Part shown: positions 12,161 through 24,309 of the stretch, in pieces
Numbering within the stretch: position 1 is the stretch's first letter
Layout: each line of letters starts with the position of its first letter
Assembly: GCF_011745625.1 (NCBI RefSeq)
Contig: NW_027191475.1
Span: 1 to 64,000 of the forward strand
Reading direction: 5' to 3'
DNA length: 64,000 bases
Source of the DNA: Cladosporium halotolerans
Taxonomy: Eukaryota
Notes under the pieces: generated by a model
What the model saw: only the letters and a program-made list of their open reading frames with translations
The model's database searches: none
Told to the model about the DNA's origin: nothing
Translations under genes and position numbers: made by a program

Positions 12161-13576
12161 CTAATCACACTGGTCTTTGTACTTCCTATCATTCAACTGC
12201 TTCCCAACAACCCCCTCCCTGATCAAATTCTCCATCCCCCACCCACCAGGCCCCTTCCAAGACCACACAAACCACCCTTGCGCGCCCTGATCGAACGCCT
12301 CTAGCTCCGCCTCAAAGAACATCCGCGTCGCCTCCTTCAGCGGCTTCTGCCAATCCCCGATATCGACATTGTTCGCGCACTGGCAGCCATCAATGTAGCA
12401 CGCCGAGCCCGCCAGCGTGCTGCCGTCCGGGTTCGCGCACACGTCCGTCGCCGCGCTGAACTCGCCCACGATGACCGGCATCGCCGCCAGCGAGCTAGAG
12501 TTCTGCGGCAGCAGGTCGGTGCGGCGCCACGCGCACGCTTTCGCGATGTGCTCGCGCTGCGTCAGCTGCTTGTCCTCCTGCGCTTGGTTCTGGTACAGGT
12601 GGGTGTCGAGCACGAAGCGCGCGGGGCCCCTGTTGCCGCGCGGGGACGAGGCCAGCGCGCGCCCGACGCCCGTCCACTGCGAGGGGCCCATGAAGCCGTC
12701 GTGCATCACGATCGAGAGCTGCTTGTTCTCGGCGGCGGCGCGGACGGCGGGGTACGCTCGCTCCGTCCAGGACTGCGTGGTGTTGAGGTTGTTGCTGTCC
12801 CACGAGATGGGCTCGTTGACCATCTGCAGGCCCCACACGACGTCCGCGTACTTCATCGCGCCGTACTTGGCCGCCATGGCGCGGAGCACGCGCGTGCTGC
12901 GGGCGAGGTTGTCGTCGGTCTGCCAGTGGGCTTCGCCGGCGTGGCCGCTGTTGTCGAAGCCGTTCTGCGAGCCCGGCGAGCCGTGGCAGTCGAAGAGCAC
13001 CCAGAGCCCGAGCTCGCGGCACCACTCGATCATGCGCTCGAGGTGGGCGTCCGCGCCCTGGATGTACGGCGTGCCGGCGTTGTCGTAGGCCCAGAAGCCG
13101 ATGGGGATGCGCACGGCGTTGAGACCCCACTGCCGCATCGCGACGAAGTCGTCGCGCGTGTAGTAGGACTCCCAGTGCTTCTTGAGCTTGGCGGTGGCGC
13201 CGTCGGTCTGGTCGAAGGTGTACTGGTCTGTGGCGTTGGTGCCTTCGAAGATGTCGGGCGTCATCCACTTCTCGAGGATCAGGTGGCCGCCGGCGTTGGT
13301 GCCGTAGAGATAGTTGGGGCGGCGGCGGATGGGGGACGCGGTGCCAGTTGGGCCGTAGGGGACGGCGCCAGTGGGGTTGGGATATTTCGGGTGTTCGTAT
13401 CCGTACGGCTGGGGCATGCCTGAGGGCGAGTTGTGGGTGCTCGACGGAATTTTCTGGTAGTGACCGTCATGGTCCGAGGCGTATCCAGGTGGTCCTTGTT
13501 GGTATGGCAGTCTAGCCTGGACCGAGCAGCTAAGAAGAGTGGCAGCTACGATAGCAGCCGAACGAAGACCGTACAT
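12161..13576 (-). CDS. Secreted glycoside hydrolase family 5 exo-beta-1,3-glucanase
   Basis: Signal peptide; GTNAGGHLILEKWMTP, VRIPIGFW, DCHGSPGSQNGFDNSG, catalytic NEP, LDTHLYQ, VGEFS, GWFVWSWK. Intronless. Confidence 0.93.
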   Translation of the reverse strand: MYGLRSAAIVAATLLSCSVQARLPYQQGPPGYASDHDGHYQKIPSSTHNSPSGMPQPYGYEHPKYPNPTGAVPYGPTGTASPIRRRPNYLYGTNAGGHLILEKWMTPDIFEGTNATDQYTFDQTDGATAKLKKHWESYYTRDDFVAMRQWGLNAVRIPIGFWAYDNAGTPYIQGADAHLERMIEWCRELGLWVLFDCHGSPGSQNGFDNSGHAGEAHWQTDDNLARSTRVLRAMAAKYGAMKYADVVWGLQMVNEPISWDSNNLNTTQSWTERAYPAVRAAAENKQLSIVMHDGFMGPSQWTGVGRALASSPRGNRGPARFVLDTHLYQNQAQEDKQLTQREHIAKACAWRRTDLLPQNSSSLAAMPVIVGEFSAATDVCANPDGSTLAGSACYIDGCQCANNVDIGDWQKPLKEATRMFFEAELEAFDQGAQGWFVWSWKGPGGWGMENLIREGVVGKQLNDRKYKDQCD

Positions 13577-14891
13577 GTTGTGAAAAATGTGTTGAAAGGT
13601 CCTAAAAATCGTATATCGAGATGGAGTCTGGTCGTGCTGTATGTGACAAAAGACAAGTAAGAAATGTTGTGCCTGACTCGATCAACGTATGAGGCGCGCA
13701 GCACTCTCAAGCAATCGTATGGCAACGATGAAGTTTCTAGCAAAAGGTCTGCGATTCCAAGCGAATGTCAAAGGGGTATAACGAAGCGTATCCCCAGGAG
13801 CTACCAGAAGTCCGAGAAAGTGAAGTCCGGAAATCCAGCAGACAAAGGAGTGAGAGACCTCAGACAAAGTGACCTGATCCTGCAGCGAGGCCGTAATAAA
13901 CGAATGGGGGAGAACAATAAAGACTGTGACAATGGAATCCCGGCAGCGAGTTCACATGAAAGGACGGCCTCGAGCTCCACCAGAAAGCAAGGCTAGGAAT
14001 AGAAAATATCGAATGGGTGACCTACCTCCTACGTGGAATACTCGCTCGTGGAGTCTTGCAGTGCTGCTCGGACCACTGCGTTGGGAAATGGGCCGTCTTC
14101 AGCTTGAAACACACTGTCGAAAGCCTCTGGTTTGTTACGCGCGGCTGACAGAGAGCGACGGCGTTGACACTGGAGCGGGAAGTAGGCATGGCACGGGTCA
14201 TGGTTTCGTCAGGCCATTCGGTCATGCCGGTCTGCCGCGGTGTGTTCCGCGGCGAGGTAGAATTTTCGAGGCTGGAGATGTTGTCTAGACCAAAGTGCCG
14301 TGGGAGCCCTCCGCGGCTGTGCTGGAACAATACGCGTCCTCGCCATGGGGAGCTGACTGGGGATGCGATCGTCTCCAGGCCGTGCGACAAGATCGCTGTC
14401 ACACACAGCCTTGCGCCCGCCATGTGTGGTGGAGCCTGAGATTCAACGCATGGCCGCGCAAGCACGTAAGTCGTCAGAGATGATTGTAGTCTAGAACCAG
14501 GGGTAGGACGGCCCGTGGCCTTCCAGGTACCCGGAAGCTTAGCACTGCCTGTGGCATCCTTGATTCTGAGCATGTGAAGGCTGAGGTCCAACACGACGTC
14601 ACGTGAGATTGTGTACAACGATGCTCGATAGTGTTGCTCTGTTTTTTGTTCTGTGATCTCTGTCCAGAGGTGCAAGAAACTCGTGGACCTTTTCTGTAGA
14701 CTGTGCTCGTCAGATTTTGGTCGGCCGCGAACTCGACAGCGCATCTCCGATTAAGTCCGGCCCGCGCAGCATCGACATCGACGTGACGTTATGGCGAAGA
14801 AAAGTCGCGGTGTCGCGCACGCGAGTGCGAGCTGTAGAGAGCGGCTTGTAGACTCATTTCTAGCATATTGTAATTCCATTTTTCTTTATAC

Positions 14892-16081
14892 ATGGCCATG
14901 AACGCCTTTAGACTGGGCGGCAGGCGCGCCTTCGAGCTTTCGCGATCGTCAGGCGCAAGGTCAACAAGGTCACTTCGCCGAGGCTACGCATCACGTATCG
15001 ACATTCCTTTTGCGCCCCCGCCCGTACCTACAATCGAGCGATGCCCGGCACCAACATGCCAATGCAGAGAAACGCCTCCTGGCCTGGACATTGAGCGCGA
15101 GCAGGGCATCAATGGATCCATGGCCAGCTACGCCGAGCAGGTCCTTATCTCCACTGGAAAGGAGGACTGGACAAGCCGCATAGAAGATGAGGAGGATGGC
15201 GCATTCTTGCGCCAATTGAAAGGCTTCTTGGGCAGAAACGGGAAATACAGCAATGTTCGTAGGCCGTCACACTTCCCAACCGCAACTTGCTAACAACCAC
15301 CCAGCCCTACCACAACGTAATGCTCACCAACTCCTCCTTCCCGCCCACCCCCAACGCCCCTCACCAAACCGACCGCTCAACCCAAGCACACGCAAGCTCC
15401 ATCCCCACCGGCGGCCCAGGCAAAGACCCCAGCATCGTGCCCCAGAGCGCGCCCCCCGGCCCTCCAGCATCCGCCTTCCTCCTCCCCAGCTTCCACTACG
15501 TCCCCAACATTCCCACCGAATCGACCGCCGTCGAAGCCTTCCTGAAAGGCTTCGTACTCCCCTCGCGCCTGCACCAGTCGCACGACCGCCTCACGCGCGA
15601 GCAGAAGAACATCCTGCTGCGCTCGCCGGAGATCCAGCGCCAGTTCCCCGGCGCGCGCAAAGTGGACGAGATCCTGATCCTGATCTGTGGACACGGGGGC
15701 CGCGACGAGCGGTGCGGAAAGCTGGGTCCTGTGCTGAGGGACGAGTTTGAGGAGAAGCTGCAGAGGCAGAACGTGCCTTTGCTGAAGGATACGCCGGTCG
15801 TCGAGGCGGAGGAGGTCAAGACGGAGGTTGAGGGGTACACGCCTACGGCGAGGGTGGGGCTGATTTCGCATATTGGTGGGCACAAGTGGGCGGGCAATGT
15901 GATTGTGTATATTCCGCCTTCGTTTGGTGATAATGCGCTGGCTGGGAAGGGTATTTGGTATGGAAGGGTTGGCCCGGAGCATGTGGAGGGTATTGTTGCG
16001 AAGACGGTTTTGGAGGGCAAGGTCATCAAAGAGCTGTTCAGGGGCGGTGTTGGACAAGAAGGCGAGATTCTCAGGTTCTAG
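14892..16081 (+). CDS. AIM32: Mitochondrial thioredoxin-like [2Fe-2S] ferredoxin (sucrase/ferredoxin-like, Aim32/Apd1 family); intron 15255-15304
   Basis: R/S-rich presequence; ILICGHGGRDERCG and ISHIGGHKWAGNVIVY, GIWYGRVGP motifs. GTTCGT...CTAAC...CAG intron joins the two ORFs in frame. Confidence 0.85.
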
Positions 16082-16384
16082 AGAGAACGGGATAGAAGGT
16101 TTGTAAGATAAAGCATAGATGCGTTTCGTACTGTAATGTGCATCGCTGTATTCTACAAGCCCGATCATTCTGGACATACTTCAGTGGCTGCAGCTTGTCG
16201 CTGCTTCAGATACTCACCAGGCACACGGTCACGTTCTCACTGATGCTAGAGCCACGGCGGGAGCGAAAGGTTGAGCTCAAGCAGTTCCATTCAAATTAAT
16301 CGTACGTTGCTGCCTCACTGAAGTCACGTCAACATCGCTTTTCCCAAGAGCGATGCATGTCGGGGTTCGCGGTAATGGCGGTGC

Positions 16385-17682
16385 TCAGTCCCCAGCACCA
16401 GTGTTGTAGTCAAGCTCACGAAAAACAAGCCTCCCGTCGACCACCCTTGTGCTGTGAACGACCACGCTACCTTTGGGTGATTCGGCTGTCTCATCTTCAT
16501 AGACGTCCCATGCTGAATCTTCCCGAGGCCTCCTGGACGATTTGACTGATTGCTCGTCAGCGGGGCCATCGCTCGCCGTCACGACGACCCCAGGCCCGTG
16601 CTCCTTGGTTTTCCTCAGAGCTTCTTCTCTCTTGTCCTTTGCTTCCTTCTTGACACGTTTATACTCTTTATAGTCTTCGATTTCCTCCGTCCACGGCCGC
16701 TGCAACACGTCTTCCATGCTGGACTCGCTGGGCAGTCGTTTGAACGTGATGTCGTACGACATGTGATCCGTCGACGAATCGCGAATGATGCTCCATGATG
16801 CTACCTTGTATCTGTGCAACTGGATTAGCACCACAGGAGCACCTAGAAGGTCTTTCAAAGTTCGTACAAGCCTTCGTATCGAATCCCTGCGCGTGGCGCC
16901 CAGAAGCTCCGTAGTGTGTGGCTGCGCAGGATGCGAACCGGATGACGTGAGTCGATCGTTGCAGCGGTCAGGCGGTACCTCCCCTTGTCGCCGTTACGAG
17001 CGCGGTAGACGAATTTCTCCGCCGAGGAAGCCGATATCTCATCATCGTCGGTCAAAAAGACGGCATAAGCCCCCTTTGAATCCGATACAATACCGCCTTG
17101 GGGGGTGCAAGAGTCTATCATGCCAGCATAGAAGGCGAAAAGGGGGCCAATCCACCAGCTATCCAAGTTTTAGATCCTCGAAATCGCTCTCACACCAAGC
17201 GAAGGTGCTCTCACTTACTCTCCGGGCTTGAATCCAAGGTCACCAAGCCTTCTTGCCCGCCCTGAGTCCGCTTCCCTGATCACGACACTCTCCCTCTTTC
17301 CCATGATATCATTCCAGCCATCCGCTTTGATATCCCACCCAATACTCGCAAGAGGCCCATAGCGGCTTTCCCAAACCGCACCGACCGCCTCTGCTCGCTC
17401 GATGACTTTCAGGGGCCACCTTGTCGCTCGTCCGCAGATGTCCAGAATCGCCAAGTGAATCCTGGAGCTTCGCAATGTCGCCAAAGACACCCCTGAAGCA
17501 AAAGACAGTAGGCTGCGCAGGAACGAATCGACGTCGAGCAGGTCGTTGGCCTGGAGGGCTTCAGGACCGGACTGCGCGATCTGGAGATCGAGAGTGTTGC
17601 GGATCCAGTGTGCTTGCGAAGTCAGATGGTCAGAAGTCGTGATGAGGGCAATGTTTGTGACGTTACGCGGTGTTTCGAGCAT
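16385..17682 (-). CDS. SRA/YDG-like domain protein; introns 17159-17218 and 16812-16867
   Basis: Spliced product GDLGFKPGDWW...FAFYAGMID...GAYAVFL...PVRILRSHTLRSFWAPRAGIRYEGLYKVASW...ITFKRLP matches the SRA C-terminal signature (PVRVxR..AP..GxRYDGLY). Exon phases are consistent. Confidence 0.8.
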
Positions 17683-18031
17683 CCTGTAGTGTATCAATCT
17701 ATTTTACTTTGGTGGTGTTGGTGTATGTCGGAGGACTTGGCTGCCTTGACAGTTTTTGTTCACTCATGTGACTGAGGTGTGGAAGGCCCCTGAAGCCAGC
17801 AATGGAGTTTGGGTGGCAAGCACAGTGGCTGTGGCGTTTGGTTGCTGCTGCGTGCAATTCATGTGCCAAACGATCGTGCTTTCCGTCAATGACTCTTCCG
17901 TCAACATACATTGAGAGTACAAGGTATGGCTGTACCTATCTCTATCGCATTGAACATGATTCGGTAGACGCTCTAAACGATCAGAGCAGATAAGCCAAAC
18001 TTTCTATTCGATCAGTACCGATATTGACAAC

Positions 18032-18725
18032 ATGGCCAACTGCAATGCTGAAAACATTGAGGGCGAGTGTACAGAGAAGCGCAGCAACAGTCCGTAACTT
18101 GAAGGGACACCCAGTGGGTACTGTGCGATCTTGTCAATTTAGCTCGCTAATGCCCTCATCTATGTAGGCACATCCTGCGCGCTCTGGTCTCCGAGGAAGA
18201 CTGGTGGAAAGAGGGCGCTCAGGCGATTGCGGAGTTCTTTGAGTCTGGCGACGAGCGCGTACGTTGAGCCAAACATGATTCGACATTGTTGACAATCATT
18301 CGTTGAAACAGAGCCAGCATGGCGCCAACGACGCCAACAATTCCGCTACTGACGTGGCCTCGTTGAGGAAGAAGCTGAGAGACGTATTGGCACGCTCGCT
18401 GCACCATATCGAGAGAGAGACGGAGATGGAAAAGAAGCTCCTGGAAGCTCGGGGGGAGAGCAATGCCCTTTTGACCAAGATCGTAGCACTCAACGAAGAC
18501 CTGGTATCCGGCAGCGAAGAGATCCAGGGGTTGCGGGTCGCGGTACTGATATACCTGATCGAATCACGCGGCAAAGATCGACGTGACTGGTTTCGAAAGT
18601 ATCCGGAGGGTAGCAGCATATTCGGAAGGATGCCGAAGGGAGACGAGAGGATATCGGGGTTGGCAGTCTCTGAAATCATGCGCTCAAGGAGCCACGTTGT
18701 TCAAACCACCAACGTGAAAACGTAA
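18032..18725 (+). CDS. Small hypothetical coiled-coil protein; putative introns 18094-18167 and 18259-18311
   Basis: GTAACT..GCTAAT..TAG and GTACGT..TTGAC..CAG introns give an open frame MANCNAENIEG...PHILRALVSEEDWWKE...SQHGAND...LRKKLRDVLARS. No recognised domain. Confidence 0.45.
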
Positions 18726-18796
18726 ACCGTGACTCTCAAAAGTCGTAGTCGCATACAATAGAGATCGTTCTTTGCCGCTCAATCGCAAAGATATAC

Positions 18797-19387
18797 TCAT
18801 CCACTCAGCGCCCTTTCCACAAGCGCCTTACAATCGTCTGTCATGGCAAGCTGCAACGCCATGTCTTGTCCTTCTTTCGACATTTTGACCCAAGTCTTCT
18901 TCAAAATAGTCACGATCTTCTCCGCATCGTGATGGTTCTTGAAATCGTCAAACTGATCGTCCAAAAACACCAGGCATGCCACATCTTCTAGCACCTGCAC
19001 CTCATCCTCGCCTTGCTTCAATCCCTCCTTCTCGATCAAAGCCCGGCACCTCTTCCACTCTGCTTCCGAGTATCCATTCTGTTCAAGAATCTCCGCAACA
19101 AGCTGACCTTGCCTTTTCTTGAGGAACGTTCGCCAGGAATGATAGCCTACTTTTGTCCGAGGATAGCTGTCTCTAGGAACCTCCCACCGGCGGAAGTGCT
19201 GGCCACAGATGGCAAGCTTCAACACGTCCGATGAATCAGGAGCGCGCTTGTGCAGGAAGTTTTCCATTTTCTTCGAGTAATGTGTCTCGTAGGGTACTTC
19301 TTGCCCGTCTTCGGTGGTGTGCTTGTTGGGGTCCTCATCGTGGGCAGCGTATATCAAGCGCCTGGCTTCTTCGTAGTTTGCAGGCAT
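18797..19387 (-). CDS. DUF4202-family protein (often auto-annotated as glutamyl-tRNA synthetase-like)
   Basis: IYAAHDEDPN, AICGQHFRRWEVPRDSYP...GYHSWR, QVLEDVACLVFL, ILKKTWVKMS motifs. Intronless. Confidence 0.82.
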   Translation of the reverse strand: MPANYEEARRLIYAAHDEDPNKHTTEDGQEVPYETHYSKKMENFLHKRAPDSSDVLKLAICGQHFRRWEVPRDSYPRTKVGYHSWRTFLKKRQGQLVAEILEQNGYSEAEWKRCRALIEKEGLKQGEDEVQVLEDVACLVFLDDQFDDFKNHHDAEKIVTILKKTWVKMSKEGQDMALQLAMTDDCKALVERALSG

Positions 19388-20006
19388 GATACACGGGGTG
19401 TTTGGTTTTACACAGACGTCCGAAGTTCGAGTATTGGTCTCACTCCTTACAGCGACCAGATTGCTTTTGGTCGACCGAATGCACGACTCGCGATAAGATT
19501 AGCTACGCTTACCTACATCTTGCCAAGCAGCTTTACCCCGGCAGCCGTTGGCTCGGTCGCCGCGGGCGCCGACGTCGCTTGAATGGAGGTGGGTCTCCAA
19601 GTCTTGAACTTTTCTCCATGTACCAAGACGCGGACAGATGTCAAGCCTTTGGAAAGGCTTGTCGGGTGGAAAAGACATGATTGAATACGTCAGAGTAGTC
19701 AAACGAACCATGAAACTCGACTCTGCCGTACAAAAGCATTGTAGATGGTTGAATACAACCAAAAGCCCACGAAAAATCCATAATACCATTGTCCTATTTG
19801 ACATGCTGCCGCGTTAGCCGCTTCGCTCTAAGAGGAAAGCAACGGGTCACGCATCTCATGACGGGACGCTAAGGTTTACCCTCTCTCCATCGCCTCCTCT
19901 CTGACACCCTTGTTCTAGCCTTCGGTCGTCTGTATATATTCCTCATGTGTCCTTTCCCCTTTTCGTGCATCTGCATGTCTTCCTTGTCTCTCTCGTTTCA
20001 TGCAGT

Positions 20007-21605
20007 ATGAGCGCGATTGGTCCATTGAACCATGCCGGTGACCAAGCCGAAACTGCGGATGCTCGTCATGAAAGTAACCCACACCAACTCCATGACGTGG
20101 AAAGCTCGAGCGTCATTCCACCTGCGAACCAAGGAGAGAAACCAGACCTACAGACCTTGACCTGGGACGGCCCAGACGACCCTACCAACCCTGTGAATTG
20201 GAGTAAACGCCGGAAATGGATCGTTACTGGAGCAGCACTGTTCGCCACTCTCATGGCATGCTGGAATGGCACTTCTATCACTGTTGCTGCCGGCGACATC
20301 AATGAGCAGTTCGGCATCAGCGATGCAACTTTCCCTCACAGTTACTGGCCTGTTACTAGCTGGAGCGTCGGTGGAGCTATCTTCATCATCTTATTTTTAC
20401 CCTTGATGGAGGATCTGGGAGTTCGATGGGGCTTCATGATCACTTACGCTTTCTTCATCATTATGATCATCCCTCAAGCCGTGGCACAAAACTATGCGAC
20501 TTTGATCGTGACGCGGTTTTTCTCAGGCGGTTGCGCATCGCTGTTAGCCAATACAATTGCGAGCGTAATTCCCGACGTCTGGGAAACGGAAGAGGAAAGG
20601 AGCATTCCCGTGGGTCTTTACATCTTGCTCTACCTGATGGGAAGCACCCTTGGTCCACCGGTATTTGGAGGTGTCACCCAATTCTTGGATACTTGGCGAT
20701 GGATTTTCTACATCCAGATCATTATCTACGTTGCACTATTCCCTATCTTCATTTATACAGTTGAAGAGACCCGTGGCACAGTCATACTCCGCCGAAGGGC
20801 GAAGAAGCTTCGAAAGACGACAGGAAAGAAGATTTATACGGACACCGAGCTGAACGCGCCGCCGATTCACAGCCGTCTCGCACGCTCTGCTACGAGACCA
20901 ATCATGCTATTGTTCACTGAACCTGTTCTCTTTGCCAGCACGCTTTGGTCTGCATTTAGCTTCGGAACGGTCTTCCTCTTCACTCAATCAGTCGCGCAAG
21001 TCTTCCGTGATCTTTATGGCTGGGAGGAGTACAGCATCAGCTACGTCCAAGGAGCGGTGGTCATTGGTGAGATCCTTGGCTGGTTCGCAACTCTCTACGG
21101 CACGCATCTGTTCTTGAAATCAGCGAGCCGCAACACGGAATGCCCTGGCCGCCCCATTCCCGAAGCACGACTTTACGTCAGCATTTTCGGCTCCTTTTTC
21201 GGTATCGTCGGAGGCATGTTTATCTACGCCTGGACTTCCTACCCGGACCTGCCCTGGATCGCGCCCTCCATCGGCCTGGCTATGGTCGGCTTCGGTATCA
21301 TGACCGTCGTCTCCGCTGTGGCGGACTACATTACAGATGCTTATGCTGCATCCGATTATGCTGGATCAGCCATCAGCGCCGTGGCGTTTGGCGAGAATAA
21401 CGTCGCTGGGTTCCTGCCCCTTGCGGCGCAGAGCATGTACACTAATCTAGGGTTCCAGTGGGCAAGCACTCTTCTTGCATTCCTGGCGTTGTTGCTTGGC
21501 ATTGCTCCCTTGGTTTTTGTGTGGAAGGGGAGATGGTTTAGGGAGAAAAGTCCGTTCATGCAGAGCGGCGGAGAGGTTATGAAAGGTCAATCCGAAAAGT
21601 CGTAA
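20007..21605 (+). CDS. Major facilitator superfamily transporter, DHA1 (drug:H+ antiporter-1) type
   Basis: WDGPDDPTNPVNWSKRRKW, WRWIFYIQ, EETRG, LFTEP, PEARL, LGFQWASTLLAFL motifs; about 12 hydrophobic segments. Intronless. Confidence 0.93.
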   Translation: MSAIGPLNHAGDQAETADARHESNPHQLHDVESSSVIPPANQGEKPDLQTLTWDGPDDPTNPVNWSKRRKWIVTGAALFATLMACWNGTSITVAAGDINEQFGISDATFPHSYWPVTSWSVGGAIFIILFLPLMEDLGVRWGFMITYAFFIIMIIPQAVAQNYATLIVTRFFSGGCASLLANTIASVIPDVWETEEERSIPVGLYILLYLMGSTLGPPVFGGVTQFLDTWRWIFYIQIIIYVALFPIFIYTVEETRGTVILRRRAKKLRKTTGKKIYTDTELNAPPIHSRLARSATRPIMLLFTEPVLFASTLWSAFSFGTVFLFTQSVAQVFRDLYGWEEYSISYVQGAVVIGEILGWFATLYGTHLFLKSASRNTECPGRPIPEARLYVSIFGSFFGIVGGMFIYAWTSYPDLPWIAPSIGLAMVGFGIMTVVSAVADYITDAYAASDYAGSAISAVAFGENNVAGFLPLAAQSMYTNLGFQWASTLLAFLALLLGIAPLVFVWKGRWFREKSPFMQSGGEVMKGQSEKS

Positions 21606-21964
21606 GGAAACATGTCGCAAAAGTTCTGGTCGTTGAAATGGATTCGCGGGATTTCCGAGAAGCAAAAACGGGTTATGGCATTCAGAGTTCAAGCATAGTA
21701 TATCTGTACAAAGTGCGGGTTTGAAGATGCAGAGTCTGTCGTGAACCATCGTGTTTGCAAGTAGTGAGAAAGACCATCAAGCTGATAAAAAGCAAGGTAT
21801 GCGGTAACAATCTGACTTGAGATTCCCAGGACTTAGTTAAATAATACAGTCGCTATCTTGAAGCCATTCCTGTGTACGCTGCTCAACGATCAGCGCCATG
21901 TTTCGTACACGCTTCCACGATGCGACTCACGATTGCATGCTTTTATTCCAGCTCAGAGCGAATC

Positions 21965-23020
21965 TTACACGGCACTGTAGCCACCTCTAGAATCTCCGCC
22001 GACCTTGATCCTGCCCGCCACGCTGCTACCGAAATCCTTGACAATGTAGGGCAGGTCGCGAATGGTGTCGCCGTGAGGGATCAGGTCCCAACCGCGAGCG
22101 CCGTAGCGGTTGTAGTTGAGCCATGATCCGAAGATGATGTAGGCGGCAGCAAGCAGGAAGACACTGTGCGATTGTTAGTGACCATCCGCGAAGATGTATT
22201 GCATGTTCCGGCTAACTTACATGATCAGGAACCAAGTAAAGAATCCCCAAGAGTTGCCCTTCTTCGCAGGCGGAGCAGAGTCCGCGGCGCCTTCGCAAGC
22301 ATACTTGGTCTTCCAGCGAAGGCGGAGAACCTTGGTCTGATCCTCGCCCTCGGACTTGAAGCTTACGAATTCGATGCTCTTGCCCTTGTCCAGGTCTGGC
22401 AGCTGGACCTCGTCATCTCCACCCTCATCCTCTTCCGGCTCCGGCTCGGCTCTCTCGGTGATTTCCTTCTCTTTCGCATCCTCAAAGCCCTCGTTTCCAG
22501 TCAACTCTGCGTCGCAGAGGAACTCTACGATCGCCTTGTGAGGCTTGCCCTCTTTATTCTCCGGGTACTTGCCGCCGTTCAGCTCCAACCGCAGGCCCTC
22601 CCTTTCTGCGTCTTCATTGCTCGCGCTCCCCTTCAGCCTCGTCCATCTGGGATCCAGCGCCCGTCCGTGGCTGGCAGTGAATTCGCCCGCGATGGGCTGC
22701 ACCTTGAACGTCGAATGCGAGCCATCGCGCATGTAGATTTCCTCGACGCCGCACACCTGCGTGCCCATAGGGCACTGCTTCTCCTTGCCGATCTCCGGGT
22801 CGCGCTTTAGTCGGTTGCAGATGTCGATCGTGAAAGTCGTGTTTGCGATCGAAGGCGGATCATACTCTTGCAGGTGGACCGTCTTGGGGCCACCGATGGG
22901 CGAGAGGTTGAAATCCTGCTTGTCCACACGGATCTTCTCACAGTCGAGCGTAGATGCTGTGATGGCGGCGGGAAGAGCGAGAAGAATCGCAAGGTAAGAA
23001 GGCATAGTTGGGGGGAGCAT
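21965..23020 (-). CDS. ATG27: Autophagy-related protein 27; intron 22164-22220
   Basis: Signal peptide; MRH-like Cys domain (FTIDIC, AIVEFLCD, LRLRWKTKYACE); TM segment SWGFFTWFLIIVFLLAAAYIIFGSWLNYNRYGARGWDLIPHGDTIRDLPY; C-terminal YSAV sorting motif. Confidence 0.93.
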
Positions 23021-23658
23021 CGTGGTCGCCAGAGCTCGTCGCGTCCAAGATTATTGAAGAATGGGGAGGTCGATGGACCAGTGAATGAGACCGCTAAAAA
23101 GGCAAAATCGAAGAAGAGCAATGAGAGTAGGAAAGGCGTGTCGTTGCGCGCTCGTGGTACCCGCCGTCAAGCAGCTGAGGATCATCCAGTCGTTGTAGGG
23201 TGACCTGTGTCTCGAAATAGCCTAGTCCGGGAACGGAAGGAGGACCGCCGAACAGCCCCTCGACTTCTCGGACGTCTGCTCCGCTCTTCATGCTCATACC
23301 ATCCCATGCGAGGCAATGGTTTGTATGCCAAAATTACATGATATTAATGGACAAGTGACAATCAAGTATCATAGAACCCCGTTTGTCAGGGTCAACATGT
23401 GCACACAGAACTGCTGAACAGCTTTCCTCGGCATCTGGAGCTACGGTCTAATGCATGTTGCCAACTATCGTAAAAGTCTCTCGATACCTCCATCCAAAGA
23501 GAAAAAAAAAAGATTCTGGCTCACATCTTTCGACCTCAGAGCACTCAAAGCATCTGTTTGCTTTCTCGACTGACTGATGAAACCCCCCCTTTCGAGCTGT
23601 GATTTCCTTCACCACCTGTCCCATCTGGCCGTTTTCTGAGCAGCCATCAATTCCGACA

Positions 23659-24309
23659 TCACTCATCCATTTCATCTTTATCCGACGGGAGCGCAGAGAG
23701 AACGACACTCGGACCATCGTCTAAGCCCGTCGATTGGTGAAGATTCTTCGAAATGCCATCAAGATCATGCTTGCTGTCAGCACTCGCGTTGGCTTGCTTC
23801 TCGCTTTCGCCACGTCCTTGAGAAGCCAGGGTGGCGGTATCCAAGGACTCGCGCTGCATTGCATGTTCCTGATGGTAATCTGTGCCAGGTTCCGGCTTCT
23901 CGTCAAGGCTGCCATCGACTTCGTCCAATGAAGCATGCTGGAGAGCTCTTGATATTTGCTCGAATTCCTCGTTCTCGGCACTGGCCCCAATCTTCACACG
24001 AAGGTCTGTCCCTACATCAATCTGCTTTTGCTGTCGAGAGGTTCGTGATGAAGTGTGACCGGATGACTCGTGATCAGCGCTATTGTTCAGATATTCTTCA
24101 AGGATCCAGTCAAATCGATTTGGGTCAACAGCAGGGGCCTTGGTAAGATGTTTAGAGATGATATGGTACTGGGTTCGTTGGACGCGTCGAAGTGGTCGGT
24201 ATCGCAGGCGACGCCTGAACGGCACATGGTTCAGGGCCTCGCTTGTGCTCCCAGCGCCTTTGTTTTCAGCTCGACTTTTGTTCGACAGAGGTGGACTGTC
24301 TTTAGCCAT
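23659..24309 (-). CDS. Hypothetical low-complexity protein (5' exons uncertain)
   Basis: 216-codon ATG-started ORF with hydrophilic composition. No recognisable domain. Confidence 0.4.
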   Translation of the reverse strand: MAKDSPPLSNKSRAENKGAGSTSEALNHVPFRRRLRYRPLRRVQRTQYHIISKHLTKAPAVDPNRFDWILEEYLNNSADHESSGHTSSRTSRQQKQIDVGTDLRVKIGASAENEEFEQISRALQHASLDEVDGSLDEKPEPGTDYHQEHAMQRESLDTATLASQGRGESEKQANASADSKHDLDGISKNLHQSTGLDDGPSVVLSALPSDKDEMDE

